In this document: positions 32,099 to 42,157 of the stretch, in pieces
Position numbering within the stretch: the stretch's first letter is position 1
Layout: each line of letters starts with the position of its first letter
Source: Desulfurococcales archaeon ex4484_217_1
GTDB lineage: Archaea; Thermoproteota; Thermoprotei_A; EX4484-217-1
Direction of reading: 5' to 3'
Length of the DNA: 51,961 nucleotides
Assembly (NCBI GenBank): GCA_002254745.1
Contig: NJED01000013.1
Span: forward strand, 1 to 51,961
Notes under the pieces: model-generated
What the model was told of the DNA's origin: nothing
The model's database searches: none
Seen by the model: only the letters and a program-made list of their open reading frames with translations
Position numbers and translations under genes: made by a program

Positions 32099-33157
32099 TA
32101 TTGGTCTACCTATTTGGCTAAGTATTTCAACATAAACCTCCTTAATTCCATGCACTTTACCAGCTATTTTATCTGCTATTCTCTTAGCTAGCACATTGTA
32201 TATCTTGCCTACGTGGCTAACCGGGTTCTTACCTGCAGCCGCTTCTAAGGACATAGGTCTTGTTGGCGTTATTAACCCATTTATTCTATTGCCCCTACCT
32301 GTAGCTCCATCGTCTCCATGTTCCGCAGACGTTCCTGTAACTGTTAAGTAGACTATGCCTTTCTCGGGCCTGTCCGCGGTGTTAAGGTAAACTTTAACGT
32401 TAAAGTCCGGTACGAGTTTCGAAGCTAAATCATGTACTTCATTAATTACTTGCTCTTTAACTGATAAGTAATGGTCAAGATTAGGTATTAAATGGGATAT
32501 CATTGCTGCTGCAATGGTTAACTCCATATCCTTACCTTTACGTAGCCCCATTACTTTAATGTCTTCTCCGACCTCAGGTATTTTCTTCTTAAACTCTTTA
32601 GAATTCAAGTGTTTTTCAACGTTTAAAACAAGGTTTTCTAGCGGGGTTAATGGGGCAAAAGCTACACCTACTGAAGTATCGTTTGCAAGAGGGACCTTCT
32701 TTCCAAGCTCAAATATTTTCACTAAATCCACTGAACCTTTACCAATCCTGTAGTCAACAATAACATGTTTTTCAGGATCTAGGAATCTGAAGTTCTTTTT
32801 AATCCATTCCTTAACAGCTTCAACAACTATTCTACCTACAGGTATGGGCTCTATACTTCCTTCTTTAATGACTTCTGTTGTTGCTCTACCAGAAACTATT
32901 ATGTATATGGGGTGTAACAGTTCTCCTCCCCCAAAAACGGGGTTAGCTTGGCCTCCTACGAGAAGTGTCTTATCTAAGTTATGGTGTAAGATAATGCCGA
33001 ATCTATCGAGGTAGTACTTTGAAAGTTTACGGCTAGATTCCTCAGAAGAAGCATCAGCAATGTAGTCGGGATGCCCTAAGCCTTTTCTCTCAACAAACTC
33101 AACAGCCAATTCTGAAGTAGCTTTCCTTCTTTCATACTCTACGAAAATATTTTTCAT
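32099..33157 (-). CDS. mat: Archaeal S-adenosylmethionine synthetase; 3' end lost
   Basis: [45 protein letters not shown]; family-like sequence stops at SQIGRPI. Confidence 0.95.
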
Positions 33158-33284
33158 TCTAAACCCCGCATTAATGTAAATTCCAGCATTATAAAAAACT
33201 TTAGTACAGCTTCTAAATAGAAGTATTACTGACAGTAATATTTAGCAAAATAGTTTCCTATATGGAAAACGGCGCCGAAATGCA

Positions 33285-33530
33285 TTACTCAGGCTTATAG
33301 TCGGTACTTATGAATAGAATATTACTTCCTCTCACAAGAACTTTACCATATTTAGCTATTGGGTGTTGAGAGCCTTCTCTTACCTCAACACAGTCGCTTA
33401 ACAGTAAATTCATAGTGTTATCGCACTGTTCAAGTCTTCCAACGTATTCAGAGCCGTCTTTTAACCTTACCAATATTGTGTTGTTAATAGCATTTCTCAG
33501 GTATTTTAGTGGACTATCGAGCGCTTTCAT
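33285..33530 (-). CDS. Sm-like archaeal protein (SmAP)
   Basis: [42 protein letters not shown] before ATG 33530. Confidence 0.92.
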   Translation of the reverse strand: MKALDSPLKYLRNAINNTILVRLKDGSEYVGRLEQCDNTMNLLLSDCVEVREGSQHPIAKYGKVLVRGSNILFISTDYKPE

Positions 33531-33609
33531 TCTAAACCTCCTAAAAAACGATCCCGTAAAGTTTCTAGTATCTACTTGAAAATCCAATTTAATCGAGGTA
33601 TTTAAAAGT

Positions 33610-34134
33610 TTAGGTGTTAGGTTTATTGTTTAATTTAAGGAGAAATATTATGTCTTTTACATTACCATCTTCTAATATTTCTCCTCGTAAATCCACGTTT
33701 ACGTTTACATTTCTCGGTATAGAAAAAACTAGCATGCCATGGTCTTTAATCACTCTAAAGAGTTCTCGGCATGTTACGTTAGGTTCAGGCATGTTCTGGA
33801 GAAGAGTAAAAGCAAATACTGCATCGAAAACCTTAGCACGGAAAGGTAGGAAATCAACATCGGCTCTAATGAGCTCCGCAGATATATTTTCCCTGAATAC
33901 TTTGTCTTTAGCTTTCCATAACATACCATTACTTAAGTCTACACCAACATATAGTTTTAATTTTCTTAAGGCTTTCTTGCTTAAAAACCTATATAATAAG
34001 GCTGTACCGCAACCAGCATCCAGAACAATACCTTTTAAATGTTTAATTCTCATGAAAGCTAACTTATACTTACTCCTCTGTTCTTCGCCATATAATTCAT
34101 CATAGTTTCTAGAGGTTATATTGTACTTTCTCAT
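33610..34134 (-). CDS. Class I SAM-dependent methyltransferase (Methyltransf_11)
   Basis: [30 protein letters not shown]; start uncertain. Confidence 0.85.
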   Translation of the reverse strand: MRKYNITSRNYDELYGEEQRSKYKLAFMRIKHLKGIVLDAGCGTALLYRFLSKKALRKLKLYVGVDLSNGMLWKAKDKVFRENISAELIRADVDFLPFRAKVFDAVFAFTLLQNMPEPNVTCRELFRVIKDHGMLVFSIPRNVNVNVDLRGEILEDGNVKDIIFLLKLNNKPNT

Positions 34135-34156
34135 AACCTCCTTTTTATGGCGAAAA

Positions 34157-34936
34157 CTATTTGAGGTAATCGAACAAACTTCTCTTCTCTGTTTTACCAA
34201 CATACTTCGATAAAGCCTCAATATTTATTTGTTTAAACTCTAATTTCTCCTTCAGTAGCAGTTCCTGTGCTTTCTTAGTTATGGATGGAGCAACTATTAT
34301 TCCTCTAATTTTTTCCGTTCGCATATGGCTTTTCAGCGAATTTATGTATTTTTTCAATTGTCTCACAGCATCAACTCTTGCAGTTAACCTTTTAATTTCC
34401 ACAACAACTACGTTACCTTTTTTATCTTTTAAATAGAGATCGATGAATCCTGGTTCAACTTTCTTCTCAACATCTATTGTCGTAAGTTTTTCACCTAAAA
34501 TTTCAGGGTTAGTTGCAAGAATGTCTCTAATTTCTTTTTCAGAAATGTGCATGTAAAAAGCTCCAGAATCGTAAAGTTCAGCTTCAACAATGAGGAATAT
34601 GTTGTCTAATTTTATAGCAACTACTTCTCTAGGCCTTGTCCTCAAAGCTTTCATTACTAAAACTTCTTCTTCACTATCGTAACTTACATCAATATATGAT
34701 GTTTCCGGCTGCCAATTTACAGGTGAATGACCTACAGGTCTATGAATTAGAAGAGCGCCATCTGACTTAATTATTATTAATCTTTCGCCGAATTCTAAAT
34801 GAGATGAAGATCTTCCGAAATAATCTACACTACAATTTGCTAAGATGTAAATATTTTTCTTCCTAGAAAGAGCATTTTTTACTATTTTCTTAGCTTCTTC
34901 TAGACTTGGTTCTTCGTAAACAATAACCTTAGCCAC
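34157..34936 (-). CDS. nucS: Mismatch-specific endonuclease NucS/EndoMS
   Basis: C.VDY.GR, K.DGALLIH, PVNWQP, GFIDL, VEIKR, QL..Y. Confidence 0.95.
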   Translation of the reverse strand: MAKVIVYEEPSLEEAKKIVKNALSRKKNIYILANCSVDYFGRSSSHLEFGERLIIIKSDGALLIHRPVGHSPVNWQPETSYIDVSYDSEEEVLVMKALRTRPREVVAIKLDNIFLIVEAELYDSGAFYMHISEKEIRDILATNPEILGEKLTTIDVEKKVEPGFIDLYLKDKKGNVVVVEIKRLTARVDAVRQLKKYINSLKSHMRTEKIRGIIVAPSITKKAQELLLKEKLEFKQINIEALSKYVGKTEKRSLFDYLK

Positions 34937-35019
34937 GGCTACTCACAATCGAAATATAATCTCAATGCTACCTAAATATTCTACTCAAGGCTATATTCTT
35001 AAATAAGAAAATATGAAAA

Positions 35020-35039
35020 GAATTAGGCACTACCGAAAT
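35020..35039. promoter_or_regulatory. DtxR-family operator, copy 1 (imperfect)
   Basis: GAATTAGGCACTACCGAAAT next to the BRE/TATA of the regulator gene. Confidence 0.7.
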
Positions 35040-35086
35040 GTTTTAAGCTAATACTTGAGAAAAATAACTCATAGAGGAGACAAGTA

Positions 35087-35450
35087 ATGACTGTTAAGGT
35101 TACTAGAGGTGAACGGAAATACTTGACATATCTTTACGAAGTAGAAGCTTATGGCGAAAAAAGAGTAGGTACAACACAGATAGCTAAAGCATTAAACGTA
35201 GCCCCACCAACAGCTGTTGAAGCACTAGAGAAACTTCACAATAAAGGCCTGGTAGATTTCGTTAAAAGAAGAGGTGTAAAACTGACTGACAGTGGTATAA
35301 AAACTGTTAGGAAAATTTTAAGAAAGCATAGGATTCTTGAAATCCTTTTCTTTAGCTCAACAAGACTGCCCTTAGACGAAATATGTCAATGTATTATATG
35401 TAAACCTTGGCATGCCCAAATGTTGCCCTCACGGAAAAGAGATACCCTAA
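35087..35450 (+). pseudogene. DtxR/MntR metal-dependent regulator, frameshifted near 35395
   Basis: IAKALNVAPPTAVEALEKL, RKHRILE; the C-terminal LGMPKCCPHGKEIP* lies in another frame. Confidence 0.88.
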
Positions 35451-35472
35451 AATAGGGTTTTAGCTCAAAATA

Positions 35473-35493
35473 GAATTAGGTACTACCTAATTC
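35473..35493. promoter_or_regulatory. DtxR-family operator, copy 2 (perfect palindrome)
   Basis: GAATTAGGTA-C-TACCTAATTC directly before the metal ABC operon. Confidence 0.8.
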
Positions 35494-35494
35494 G

Positions 35495-36529
35495 GTGTAC
35501 AGTATGTTCAAGTCTACACTTACGCTGATCCTCGTTTTACTAGTTATGCTGTCTTTGACAGGTATTTTAGAAGCACAGGAGCGTAAAGTAGTGGTAATGG
35601 TTTCTGTTGATTCATTAGCAGCTATAATTAGGGATTTATCCCTAGATAACATTGAAATAGTAACTCTAATTCCTGAAGGAGCAGAACCCCATAATTACCA
35701 AGTTTCCCCTGAAACATTAGAAGAAGCAAGGAAAGCTGATCTCTTTGTTTTTACTGGTCACTTAGTTTTCGAGAAAAAACTTGCTAACTTACTTCCGGAA
35801 ATACCAGTACTTCAAATAGATGAGAAAAATTATTTTGGAAAATACAAGTTAGAAATACTGAAACTACCTGATGGTAGGAGAAATCTACATGCTTACTGGC
35901 TATACCCGGATAATGCACTAGCCATAGCTAAAGCTGTCGTAGATAAGCTTATAGAAATAGATCCCGTAAATGCTGAAAAATACCTTAAGAAATTAGAAGA
36001 ATTCAAAGACAAAGTAAGGAGGATTAAACAATACATTACGAAAATCACTGAGTTCTATGGCGTAAAGAACATGAGTGTAATAATAACTTTTCCAGGAGAA
36101 CAGTATGTAGCATACACTATGGGGTTTACAATTGCAGGTATGCTTAGTAAGGGCGAAGGAGTTTTTGCCAGCGGGGCTGAATTATCTGAGATAAAAAGCA
36201 AGCTTGAAAAAGGCTATGCAAAAATAATTATGGCTTCCGATGTTTCTAGAATGCTCAACGTAGGTAAGTTTATAGAGGATTTATCGCGGGAAACAAAAAC
36301 CCCAACAGCATATGTTAAGATAATAGGTTCTAAGGATCTTACATATTCCGATTTACTTATGTACAATATAGGTGTTATTATTGGGGCTTTTTCAAGCACT
36401 ACCATGGGTAAGTCTGCTGTACAGAGTAGAACAATATTACCTACAGCAATATATGCTCTAGTAGCCTCATTAGTTATTGTGATTGTTGTTGAAAGCTATT
36501 TACTGTACGTTAGAAGCAAGTATAGGTGA
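35495..36529 (+). CDS. Zn/Mn ABC transporter substrate-binding protein (ZnuA/TroA)
   Basis: Signal peptide, GAEPHNYQ, NLHAYWL.P, C-terminal TM anchor. Confidence 0.9.
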   Translation: MYSMFKSTLTLILVLLVMLSLTGILEAQERKVVVMVSVDSLAAIIRDLSLDNIEIVTLIPEGAEPHNYQVSPETLEEARKADLFVFTGHLVFEKKLANLLPEIPVLQIDEKNYFGKYKLEILKLPDGRRNLHAYWLYPDNALAIAKAVVDKLIEIDPVNAEKYLKKLEEFKDKVRRIKQYITKITEFYGVKNMSVIITFPGEQYVAYTMGFTIAGMLSKGEGVFASGAELSEIKSKLEKGYAKIIMASDVSRMLNVGKFIEDLSRETKTPTAYVKIIGSKDLTYSDLLMYNIGVIIGAFSSTTMGKSAVQSRTILPTAIYALVASLVIVIVVESYLLYVRSKYR

Positions 36530-36537
36530 TTTAAGCT

Positions 36538-37323
36538 GTGATGAAGTACGCTGTTGAAGTAGAAGATTTAACAGTTACGTATAATAATATTGTTGCTCTT
36601 GAAGATGTAAACTTAAGGCTATACGATGGAGAGTTTTTAGCAGTTATGGGTCCTAATGGTGCAGGTAAAACTACTCTTCTAAGAGCTATTCTGGGCATGG
36701 TAAAGCCTGTTAAAGGTAAGATTAAAGTTTATGGCTACAATGTGTTTATTGAAGAAGAGAAGGTTAAACATTTAATAGGCTATGTTCCTCAAAAAGTTAC
36801 TCTTTCAAAAGCTGTTAGACTTACTGTTGAAGAAGTTGTTCTTATGGGTGTTTTAGCTAGAAAAATTCCTCCAAGAATACCCTCAGAAAGGGATGTTAGC
36901 ACCGCTATGGAGGCTCTTAAAATAGTTGGTCTTGAGGAGTTATGGGATAGAGATTTTCTTGAACTTTCCGGAGGCCAGCAGAGAAGAGTTCTTATCGCAA
37001 GAGCTCTTGTTAGTAAGCCTAAGCTCCTCCTCTTGGATGAGCCTTTAACGGGAATTGATGTTAGAAGTCAAGCTGAAATTGCAGCATTTCTCCATGAACT
37101 AAATAGGAAACATAGAGTAAGTATTCTAATGGTTACTCATGATATTAACCCCGTAGCTGAGTACGTTGATAGAGTAGCTCTTCTATTCAAGAAAATACAT
37201 GCTATAGGTAAGCCTGAGGAAGTTTTGAGAGAAGATGTTCTTTCGAAAGTTTATGGAGGTAGAATTAGGGTGTTCTCGTATGGTAGGGTATGTTTTGCAA
37301 TAATAGGTGATGTTCATAGGTGA
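36538..37323 (+). CDS. Metal ABC transporter ATPase (ZnuC-like)
   Basis: GPNGAGKT, GYVPQ, LSGGQ, LLLDEP, VTHD. Confidence 0.93.
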   Translation: MMKYAVEVEDLTVTYNNIVALEDVNLRLYDGEFLAVMGPNGAGKTTLLRAILGMVKPVKGKIKVYGYNVFIEEEKVKHLIGYVPQKVTLSKAVRLTVEEVVLMGVLARKIPPRIPSERDVSTAMEALKIVGLEELWDRDFLELSGGQQRRVLIARALVSKPKLLLLDEPLTGIDVRSQAEIAAFLHELNRKHRVSILMVTHDINPVAEYVDRVALLFKKIHAIGKPEEVLREDVLSKVYGGRIRVFSYGRVCFAIIGDVHR

Positions 37324-38155
37324 TGCTATGATTTTCCCGGCCGAGCTATCATTCATAGCAAGAGCACTTATAGGCGTAGTAATAGCCTCTTTTGTATCAG
37401 CAGCTATAGGCCATATACTAACTAGTAGAGGTATCACTTTTCTCTCAGCAGAAGTAGCTCATGCAGCCCTTGGCGGTGCAGCTTTCGGTGTTCTCTTACA
37501 AACCTTAGGGTTCCTATGGTTTGATCCACTATATGGAGCTTTCTTGTTCGGTGTAGTAAGTGCGTTAATAACAGCATATGCTGGGCTTCGTGGTTCAAGA
37601 GAGCAAATGGAAGCTGCTATAGGCGTCTCCTTAGCTATGAGCATGTCCTTAGCCGTTGTTTTCCTAGGCTATATTAGATCGGAGGATATGCCTAAAGTAT
37701 GGGGCTATCTTGTCGGTGACATATTGTTGCTAACAGTAGATGACTTACTATTCCTAGGTTCAATGGCTATACTAGTAGGGTTCTTCTACATACTATTCCG
37801 TAGGGAACTTATTTACATAGCATTCGATATGGAGAGCGCTGAAGTTTTAGGTATAAAGGTTAAGTTCTACCACTACCTAGGCATACTGTTAGCAGCCATA
37901 GGTGTAATAGTTACAACAAAAGCTCTAGGAGCAATCTTAGTTTACGCATTCCTCATAGCTCCCGCTGCAGCTGCCAACGAGATAGCTAAGAGAATGTATC
38001 AAATACCCCTAATTACATTAGCTATTGCTTTATCTTCAGGTATAGCAGGATTAGCTTTATCGTTTACCGTAAATATGCCTGCAAGCGGGACAATAGGTAT
38101 TTTAGCTTCAACAGCATATTTAGTAGCAATATTATATTCTAGGTTTAGAAAGTAA
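37307..38155 (+). CDS. Metal ABC transporter permease (ZnuB-like)
   Basis: AHAALGG, YLVGDIL, FD.E.A..GI, GAILV..IAPAAAA. Confidence 0.92.
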   Translation: MMFIGDAMIFPAELSFIARALIGVVIASFVSAAIGHILTSRGITFLSAEVAHAALGGAAFGVLLQTLGFLWFDPLYGAFLFGVVSALITAYAGLRGSREQMEAAIGVSLAMSMSLAVVFLGYIRSEDMPKVWGYLVGDILLLTVDDLLFLGSMAILVGFFYILFRRELIYIAFDMESAEVLGIKVKFYHYLGILLAAIGVIVTTKALGAILVYAFLIAPAAAANEIAKRMYQIPLITLAIALSSGIAGLALSFTVNMPASGTIGILASTAYLVAILYSRFRK

Positions 38156-38195
38156 ATTGCCTGTAAAAACATGAAGCATAGCGGGTTCGAAAGCT

Positions 38196-38828
38196 TTGCG
38201 TAAAGTGTTATTCGTAATAGAGCATATGGAAAAGCCATCTCCATGGGTATTTTTCGAGTACGAAAACTCATCTAAAATTGTAGGAAAAAATAACCTGCTA
38301 ATAACGAATGTGAAGAACAAATTCGAGGAAAAGAAGCTAAGAAAAATAGCTAACACATCGTCTAAAAGCATAAAAGACTTAGTTAAAACGGAGTTCAAAA
38401 ACTATAGAGTAATAGTTCTTGATTTAAAAGCTGAAGAACAATTAAAACCAGAAGATTTTACAGACAAAACCATAGTCGTCATAGGAGGAATATTAGGTGA
38501 TCACCCACCTAGAGGGAGAACATACAAGTACATAACCAAACATATAATGCCTTTAAAAAACGTTATCGTCAGAAACCTGGGTAAAGAACAACTAACAACA
38601 GACGGTTCTATCTATGTGGCATACAAGATGTCTCAAGGAGTAAAACTTAAAGACCTTAAATACGTTTACGGCTTAAAAATTACTCGTAAAATAGGCTCAA
38701 TATGTCATGAAATATATTTACCATACAAATATCCTGTGGTTAACGGAAAACCTTTAGTTAATGAGAAGCTACTTAAGTATCTTCAGAAAGGTATAGTCGT
38801 TAATGAAATAATGAGGTTTGAACCTTAA
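38196..38828 (+). CDS. Sfm1-like SPOUT methyltransferase
   Basis: IEHME..W..EY, LD..A...L.PED, GGILGDHPPRGRT, RNLG..Q.TTD. Confidence 0.88.
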   Translation: MRKVLFVIEHMEKPSPWVFFEYENSSKIVGKNNLLITNVKNKFEEKKLRKIANTSSKSIKDLVKTEFKNYRVIVLDLKAEEQLKPEDFTDKTIVVIGGILGDHPPRGRTYKYITKHIMPLKNVIVRNLGKEQLTTDGSIYVAYKMSQGVKLKDLKYVYGLKITRKIGSICHEIYLPYKYPVVNGKPLVNEKLLKYLQKGIVVNEIMRFEP

Positions 38829-40816
38829 TGAAGAAGTCTATGAGCATAGTTGACATTTATGCCTGGGTGAAAGCCTCAGGCTCTTTAATTGAAAAATGCT
38901 ACATAAACAACATTTATCACCCATATGAAAACGTTTTACTTCTCAAACTTTACTGTAAGCATTTAAGCTATAATCCTATGTTACTAATGGAGGCAGGTAA
39001 GAGAATTCATTTAACAAAGTATAGTATCCCTAAAGAACATAAAATATCTCCTCTATGCTTTGCTCTAAGGAAGTTACTGAGAAGATCTATTATAGAAAAA
39101 CTCGAGATCCTAGATTGGGAAAGAGTAGTTAAAATAACCGTAACATCATCTAAACAAAAATATTTCATATATGTAGAACTACTACCACGTGGAGTAATAG
39201 TTTTAACAGATGAAAATAACAAAATACTACACACTACTAGAACATTAGAACTTAAAGACAGGGTTATTAGAAGAGGTAGGGAGTACAAGCTACCACCGAC
39301 CTTAGGAATAAATGTTTTAGAAGCTTCTCCTGAAGAAGTAAAGAATGCTACTTCTAAATACGAGAAGATCATACAAGGACTGGTTAGAGGTTTAGGATTA
39401 CCCGGTGAAGTAGCTGAGGAAACATGTTTTAGAGCAGGGATAGATAAAAACACTTCCCCCAAGCAACTCCCTTTGGAGTTCTTTAGTAAAATAATAAATA
39501 CAGTAAAAGACATTATTCAAGAAAGCGAGAATAACATAGGCTACGTGGTTCTAGAAGAAGAGAAAGCAGTTACAGTGCTTCCTTTCGAACCAAAACATCT
39601 ACTTGTGAAAGGTTTCACCTTAAAAACATTCGATAATTTCAACGAAGCCCTAGACTTCTTCTTCTCGGAGAAGCTAAGAGAAGAGAAAGCCATAGAAGCT
39701 ATTAGGTTAAAGGAAAAAGAGTTAAGGAAAATAGAGCATGCTCTTGAAGAAGCAAAAAAGCTAAGAGAAGAATATCGTAGCAAAGCCATGGAGTTAAGGC
39801 AAGCTAGTGAATTAATTCTTAGAAACAGAGAGCTACTAAATAGGGTAATAGAGTGTTTTAGAAGCAGGGAAATTAGGAGGAAGGGCGAAGGAGCTGTTAA
39901 AATATGTTCTGAAAAAATAAAGCAAATAGGTATTAAGATCCTAAGTTTTAATAGGAAAAATGGCACCATAATATTGCAAATTAATGGTAAGAAAGTATTT
40001 GTGGATCTCAGAAAGAATGCTTATGAAAATGCTTCTTCAAAATTTGAGAAAGCAAGGGAGCTGGAGAGGAAAATAAGTAGAATTAATGAGAAAATTGAGG
40101 AACTTCACAGGAAAATTGAGGAGTTAAAATATGAAACAAAACTCCTCGAAGCCGAGGAAAAAGCTAAAATAAGGAGGAAAGAATGGTATGAGAAGTACCA
40201 TTGGGTAGTAGAGGAAAACTACTTAATCATAGGAGGACGTAATGCTGATCAAAATGAGAGCATAGTTAAGAAATACATGAAGCCCGATGACATATTTATG
40301 CATGCTGAAATACATGGAGCACCTGTAGTAGTAATTAAAGCTAAAGGTACGGTTTCCGAGAAAGCATTAAGAGAAGCAGCCATAATTGCAGCGGCCTATT
40401 CTAAAGCTTGGAAAGAAGGTTTAGGAGCAATTGACGTTTATTGGGTTTGGGGCAGGCAGGTTTCTAAGAAACCACCTTCTGGAGAGTATCTTCCTAAAGG
40501 AGCATTCATGGTTTACGGTAAACGTAACTATATTAGAAATACTCCTCTTACGCTAGCTTTAGGGTTAGAAAAGGTAAATAGTTGGTTGAGAATTATAGTG
40601 GGGTCTGAAGAGCATGTTAAAAATAAAAGCATAGCCTACGTTACTTTAGCTCCGGGCCATATAAGCCCACATAGCCTAGCTAAGATTATAAAGGAGGAGT
40701 TCGTTAAGAGAGTTCCTGAGAAACTGAAACCTCTTATTAAATCTATATCTGTAGAAGAGTTAGCTTTAAGGATACCGGGTCCTTCCGTTATAGGAAAAAT
40801 AGTTATTAACATATGA
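38828..40816 (+). CDS. rqcH: Ribosome quality-control factor Rqc2/RqcH (NFACT)
   Basis: ERV, EL..RG, coiled coil, WYEKYHW, IGGRNADQNE, HAEIHGAP, QVSK.PPSGEYL.KGAF. Confidence 0.93.
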   Translation: MKKSMSIVDIYAWVKASGSLIEKCYINNIYHPYENVLLLKLYCKHLSYNPMLLMEAGKRIHLTKYSIPKEHKISPLCFALRKLLRRSIIEKLEILDWERVVKITVTSSKQKYFIYVELLPRGVIVLTDENNKILHTTRTLELKDRVIRRGREYKLPPTLGINVLEASPEEVKNATSKYEKIIQGLVRGLGLPGEVAEETCFRAGIDKNTSPKQLPLEFFSKIINTVKDIIQESENNIGYVVLEEEKAVTVLPFEPKHLLVKGFTLKTFDNFNEALDFFFSEKLREEKAIEAIRLKEKELRKIEHALEEAKKLREEYRSKAMELRQASELILRNRELLNRVIECFRSREIRRKGEGAVKICSEKIKQIGIKILSFNRKNGTIILQINGKKVFVDLRKNAYENASSKFEKARELERKISRINEKIEELHRKIEELKYETKLLEAEEKAKIRRKEWYEKYHWVVEENYLIIGGRNADQNESIVKKYMKPDDIFMHAEIHGAPVVVIKAKGTVSEKALREAAIIAAAYSKAWKEGLGAIDVYWVWGRQVSKKPPSGEYLPKGAFMVYGKRNYIRNTPLTLALGLEKVNSWLRIIVGSEEHVKNKSIAYVTLAPGHISPHSLAKIIKEEFVKRVPEKLKPLIKSISVEELALRIPGPSVIGKIVINI

Positions 40817-40848
40817 GAGTAGATACGTGAATAGCTGAAAATTTTCTG

Positions 40849-41280
40849 GTGCAATCTATGAGCGAAGAAATTACAATAAAGGAAATAATGAGTAGCCCAC
40901 CTATAACCGTAAGCCTTGAAGAATCCGTTATAAGAGCAGCTAAAATAATGGCTGAAAACAAAATAGGCTGTGTAATAGTAGTTAATAATGATGGTAAACC
41001 CGTAGGGATAGTTACTAGGCGTGATTTAGTAGAGAAAGTTTTAGCTAAGGCGAAAGATCCGTTAAGAACTAGGGTTAAGGATATAATGTCTTCGCCGCTA
41101 GTATACGTAGGTCCTAACACACCTATTTTAGAAGCAGCTAAGTTAATGTCTCGGAAAGATATTAGGCATTTACCTGTAATTGACGTTAATGGCCTTATAG
41201 GTGTAGTATCTGATAGAGACATTTTAACAGTTGCACCTGAATATATAGAGTTAATGATTGTGAGGAAAGGAGGAATTTAG
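40849..41280 (+). CDS. CBS-domain protein (one pair)
   Basis: Two CBS repeats: GIVTRRD and GVVSDRD. Confidence 0.9.
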   Translation: MQSMSEEITIKEIMSSPPITVSLEESVIRAAKIMAENKIGCVIVVNNDGKPVGIVTRRDLVEKVLAKAKDPLRTRVKDIMSSPLVYVGPNTPILEAAKLMSRKDIRHLPVIDVNGLIGVVSDRDILTVAPEYIELMIVRKGGI

Positions 41281-41334
41281 TCTTTAGCCTAAGGTCTTAA
41301 CGAGTTTCTTTATCTAACACCGCAAACATATTAT

Positions 41335-42138
41335 ATGTTGAGGATGCGTAGCTTGAATATTATGGAGTATGTTAAAACCAATGTTCCAACTATTTCTCCA
41401 ACAGATTTGGCGACAAAAGCTAGAGCTATTCTCAGAGATTTTAAGTTAAGAACACTCCCCGTAGTTGAGGATGAAAAACTTGTAGGAATCATTACTAGGA
41501 TAAGTATTTTAACCATAACCTCATCTAAATCTAATCTCCTCGTAAGAGATATCATGGAAGAGCCCAAAATCGCGCTTAAGCCCAGTTTTAGCTTGAAAAA
41601 AGCAGTTAAAGAAATGTTAGAAGCCGATGTATGGTACGCGCCTGTGATTTCAGAAGACGGTAAGTTCATAGGAATATTTGGATTAGAAAATGTGATTAAG
41701 AAGTTTTACAATGAAGATATTCCAGTAAACAATGTGCCAATAAAGGAGTTCATGACCACAGATGTTATAACTGTAAGTAGTGACGATGAGGTTTCAGTAA
41801 TTCTTCATAAAATGCTCAAGTACAGGTTTTCGGGATTACCCGTAGTGGATGATAGAAGGAGAGTTGTAGGAATAGTAACAGAATACGATATTCTCAAATT
41901 CGGTATGTCAAGAATACTCCTAGAATCTGAAAGGTCAAAAGGATATAGGAGGGTAAGAGCGCGGGAAATAATGAGCACAGCAGTGTACAAGGTAACACCT
42001 AATACTCCACTTAGAGATGTGGCTAAGATTATGGTCGAAAAAGATATAGGAAGAGTTGTTGTGGTTAATGAGAAGAACGAACTTATAGGCATAGTCGATA
42101 GAGAGGATGTAGTAAGAGCATACATGAAGTACATGTAG
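41335..42138 (+). CDS. CBS-domain protein (two pairs)
   Basis: Four CBS repeats. Confidence 0.9.
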   Translation: MLRMRSLNIMEYVKTNVPTISPTDLATKARAILRDFKLRTLPVVEDEKLVGIITRISILTITSSKSNLLVRDIMEEPKIALKPSFSLKKAVKEMLEADVWYAPVISEDGKFIGIFGLENVIKKFYNEDIPVNNVPIKEFMTTDVITVSSDDEVSVILHKMLKYRFSGLPVVDDRRRVVGIVTEYDILKFGMSRILLESERSKGYRRVRAREIMSTAVYKVTPNTPLRDVAKIMVEKDIGRVVVVNEKNELIGIVDREDVVRAYMKYM

Positions 42139-42157
42139 TTAAGAGGTTTAGAAAACT

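Noticed and set aside
32006..32135. Genuine 130-nt overlap of convergent genes
   Set aside because: Explained by read-through across a deletion junction.
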